From NCBI RefSeq assembly GCF_000002075.1, contig NW_004797539.1, positions 83,927-147,926 of the forward strand: DNA of 64,000 nt. Reading direction: 5' to 3'. Every line of letters starts with the position of its first letter. Position 1 is the first letter of the stretch. This DNA comes from Aplysia californica. Lineage: Eukaryota. Shown in pieces: positions 61,680 to 64,000 of this stretch. Position numbers and translations under genes: made by a program. The notes beneath the pieces are model-generated. The model saw only the letters and a list, made by a program, of their open reading frames with translations, was not told the origin of the DNA and searched no databases.

Positions 61680-62245
61680 TGTTTTACGGCGCTTGCAACT
61701 GCATAAGGTCATATGAGCGCGCGGAACACACCAAACATTTTCAATTGGTAGAAAATTTTGAATTTTGGACTGGTGGCGGCCGAAGCCAACTCTTATCGAT
61801 GTTGGACCAGCTAGGGATCTTTAATGTGCGCAATTTGCATACGGAACCTCCGAGATTTTTCGTCCTTATCCGAGAAGGCTAGGTGTAGATCTTTCGTACC
61901 AGAAGATCAGGGGTATGACTTTAGTTTTAGTAGGGGTTTTACGGCGCTCGCAACTGCATAAGGTCATACGAGGGGAGTAACTGAAAGACAGCAATAAGAA
62001 GGAGCTAAGGAGTAGCAGTAGAAAGGCTGCAGGAAGATTCAGGAGCCCAGTGTAGGGGGCAAAGGAGGTGAGGGAGTGGGGGTAGAAAGTGGAGACGAAA
62101 GCAGGCGACGGAATATTCCAAGAGAGAAGGAAAGAAGGTGAAAGGAGACAATTTTAGAGAAGAAAATTGTCCGTCGCTACTCGGGTCCGAACCTTGGACT
62201 TTTGAATGAGAGGCGAACACCTTAAACTCTAGGCCACAAGAGCCC
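61680..62245 (-). mobile_element. SINE family 2 copy with a short internal duplication
   Basis: Homologous to 18398-18885; ttttacggcgct..caactgcataaggtcata occurs twice (about 61683 and 61937). Confidence 0.7.
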
Positions 62246-63230
62246 CCCCCCCCCTTACAATTTACCAGGGGCAGTATGTTATAATATGCTGAATTGCACG
62301 GTGGGTGACCCTGGTTCGATTCTTAAGCGGCATAATCCTTTGGGATCTGTCGTATAGAAGCAAGACGCTAGATCAGAGGTCCCGATTTTTCAGTGAATTT
62401 ACTGTATCACAAGGGTATACCCATACACTTGACAGACGGACTGGAATGCTTCAACATGCTCTTTTTTAAGCTTCACTGTTTTCTTGACACTGCCTTTGAT
62501 GAGAGTGGTTGAAAGGTGTCACTAGAAAGTCCAACTTCTTTTCTATTTCTCTTCTGATTCTATCCGTCGTCATAACCTTCCCCGGCCCTGAATAACCATG
62601 CTTGCGTCCATGTGCTGCTTCTTTCCCCTTTGTGTTGAACTATTCGATGTCCACGTATTTGCACGGGTCTATTATGTAAATGTATCATTTCAACCAATGT
62701 GCCCCTCCCCCTCTTTCTCTAAGAGCATTTTCAACGCATTCTGGATTACCTTGGTTCAAATCTATAACAACGCAGCATTCTTGGTTGTCTGAGGAAGTCT
62801 CAGAGTTTCTCCAACCCCTGGAACTATCAGGATGATGTGTCATCCTTGGTACATGTTTGTTGGATTAACATCTGAGAGAAAACGCAGCATGAGCGGGCTA
62901 TTTCTCTATAGATTGACACAAACATTGACACAGCTTTGCTTTGAAATGAGAAAAGGAATAACTCTGTATTGCGATAGCAGAATGTACAGATAATGCAATT
63001 CATCGAAAATAGTCCCTCCAGGCACACAGTTCAATCATTTCGACTTTGAGGCACTAACTCAACATGAATATTTTATAATCTAAATCAAATTCTTTATTTG
63101 CAGGCCTAGAAACGAACAAAAGAATGTACCCCAGCTTCTGTAAACAGTCACGGTAAGATATGAAAAGGGGATTCCTTGCAGTGGCGTTTCCAGCAGTCCA
63201 CAGTGACAGCCCAGAGTGGTACTTCTCAGT

Positions 63231-63331
63231 CTAGGTCCGACAGCAGGTGGCCTGCGCCTGGACCCCCGTCTCGGGTCCAAACTTCTCGGCTCCATTCACA
63301 GCAACACATGTATCTGTGCCCGCAACGTTGG
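63231..63331 (-). CDS. Copy C: last coding exon of a third GH10/PCSK9-C-like paralog (rest of gene beyond window end)
   Basis: 101-nt exon after a ctctacag acceptor, encoding (T)NVAGTDTCVAVNGAEKFGPETGVQAQATCCRT*. Almost identical to exon 19 of A and B, with homologous flanking intron and 3' sequence. Confidence 0.9.
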
Positions 63332-64000
63332 CTGTAGAGAGAGGGTGTGAATGTCAGCAAGGATTTATGTCAAAGTATCGAAGACTAGATTTACTCGGAC
63401 TGTTGTTTGCCTGATTTGATTTCCGAGGGGGGGGGGGGTCTTTTGTTGTTGTTTGGTTTGGGTTTGGTTTGGTTTTGGGTTGGGGTGTGTTTTTTTTGTG
63501 GGGGGGGTATTGATTTGCTTTTTGTTTTTGTTTTTTTGGTGGAGGGTTTTAGATGGGGTGCACGTTTTGAAAAAAACGAACTTATTGAGCTGGTATCATC
63601 CTGGGCGACGGTGCAGATGGTCTCCGTTGGAATTTGCAACGGGACGTTCTGAACTTTTATTTTATTTTTATTTTTTATTTTTTTTTGGGGGGGGGTGTGG
63701 GTGGACAGTATTTTGGGACAAGAGAGGCTCTCCGTCCACTTGGCTCGGTACTATTGAATATCTGTGTTAATTTCTTATTTTAAAAAACGTATTGTGTTAT
63801 GCAGTGACACAATGACAATGGCCAGAACTAGTACCAATCATTTTCAAGTTTGAACACTTGGTCTTCCGTCAAAACAACGAGCAAATTTGAAATATTCCTA
63901 GCAGGATCAGAACAAGCGTTCCGACTGCTAACGTGTAAAAAGGTCGACCAAGCTTGTTAATAACAACGTCATGGCGGCCTAAGACTGAGAGGTATCTCCC

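Overview
AT-rich, microsatellite- and gap-rich animal genomic DNA. Spliceosomal introns, tRNA-derived SINEs, RTE-type LINE fragments and the gene family suggest a mollusc, probably a gastropod (inference). The main feature is a minus-strand head-to-tail array with a period of about 26.7 kb. It holds two nearly complete 19-exon genes (copy A 9791-29737, copy B 36590-53977) and the last exon of a third copy (C, 63231-63331). Splicing by hand gives a protein of about 860 aa: signal/anchor peptide, CBM4_9-like module, GH10 glycoside hydrolase with both catalytic Glu intact, a small beta-rich domain, and three 6-Cys modules. Those modules match the C-terminal Cys/His-rich domain (CHRD) of PCSK9 motif for motif. 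The GH10 -2 subsite motif (normally T-x-E-N-x-x-K-W) reads TIQDYKW / TIPDYKW here. Facing the array on the plus strand is part of a gene whose ~2.2 kb exon encodes a Gly/His/Ser-rich protein with a 14-aa tandem repeat and a ~95-aa internal duplication. The rest is introns and intergenic DNA with LINE/SINE fragments, simple repeats and N gaps.
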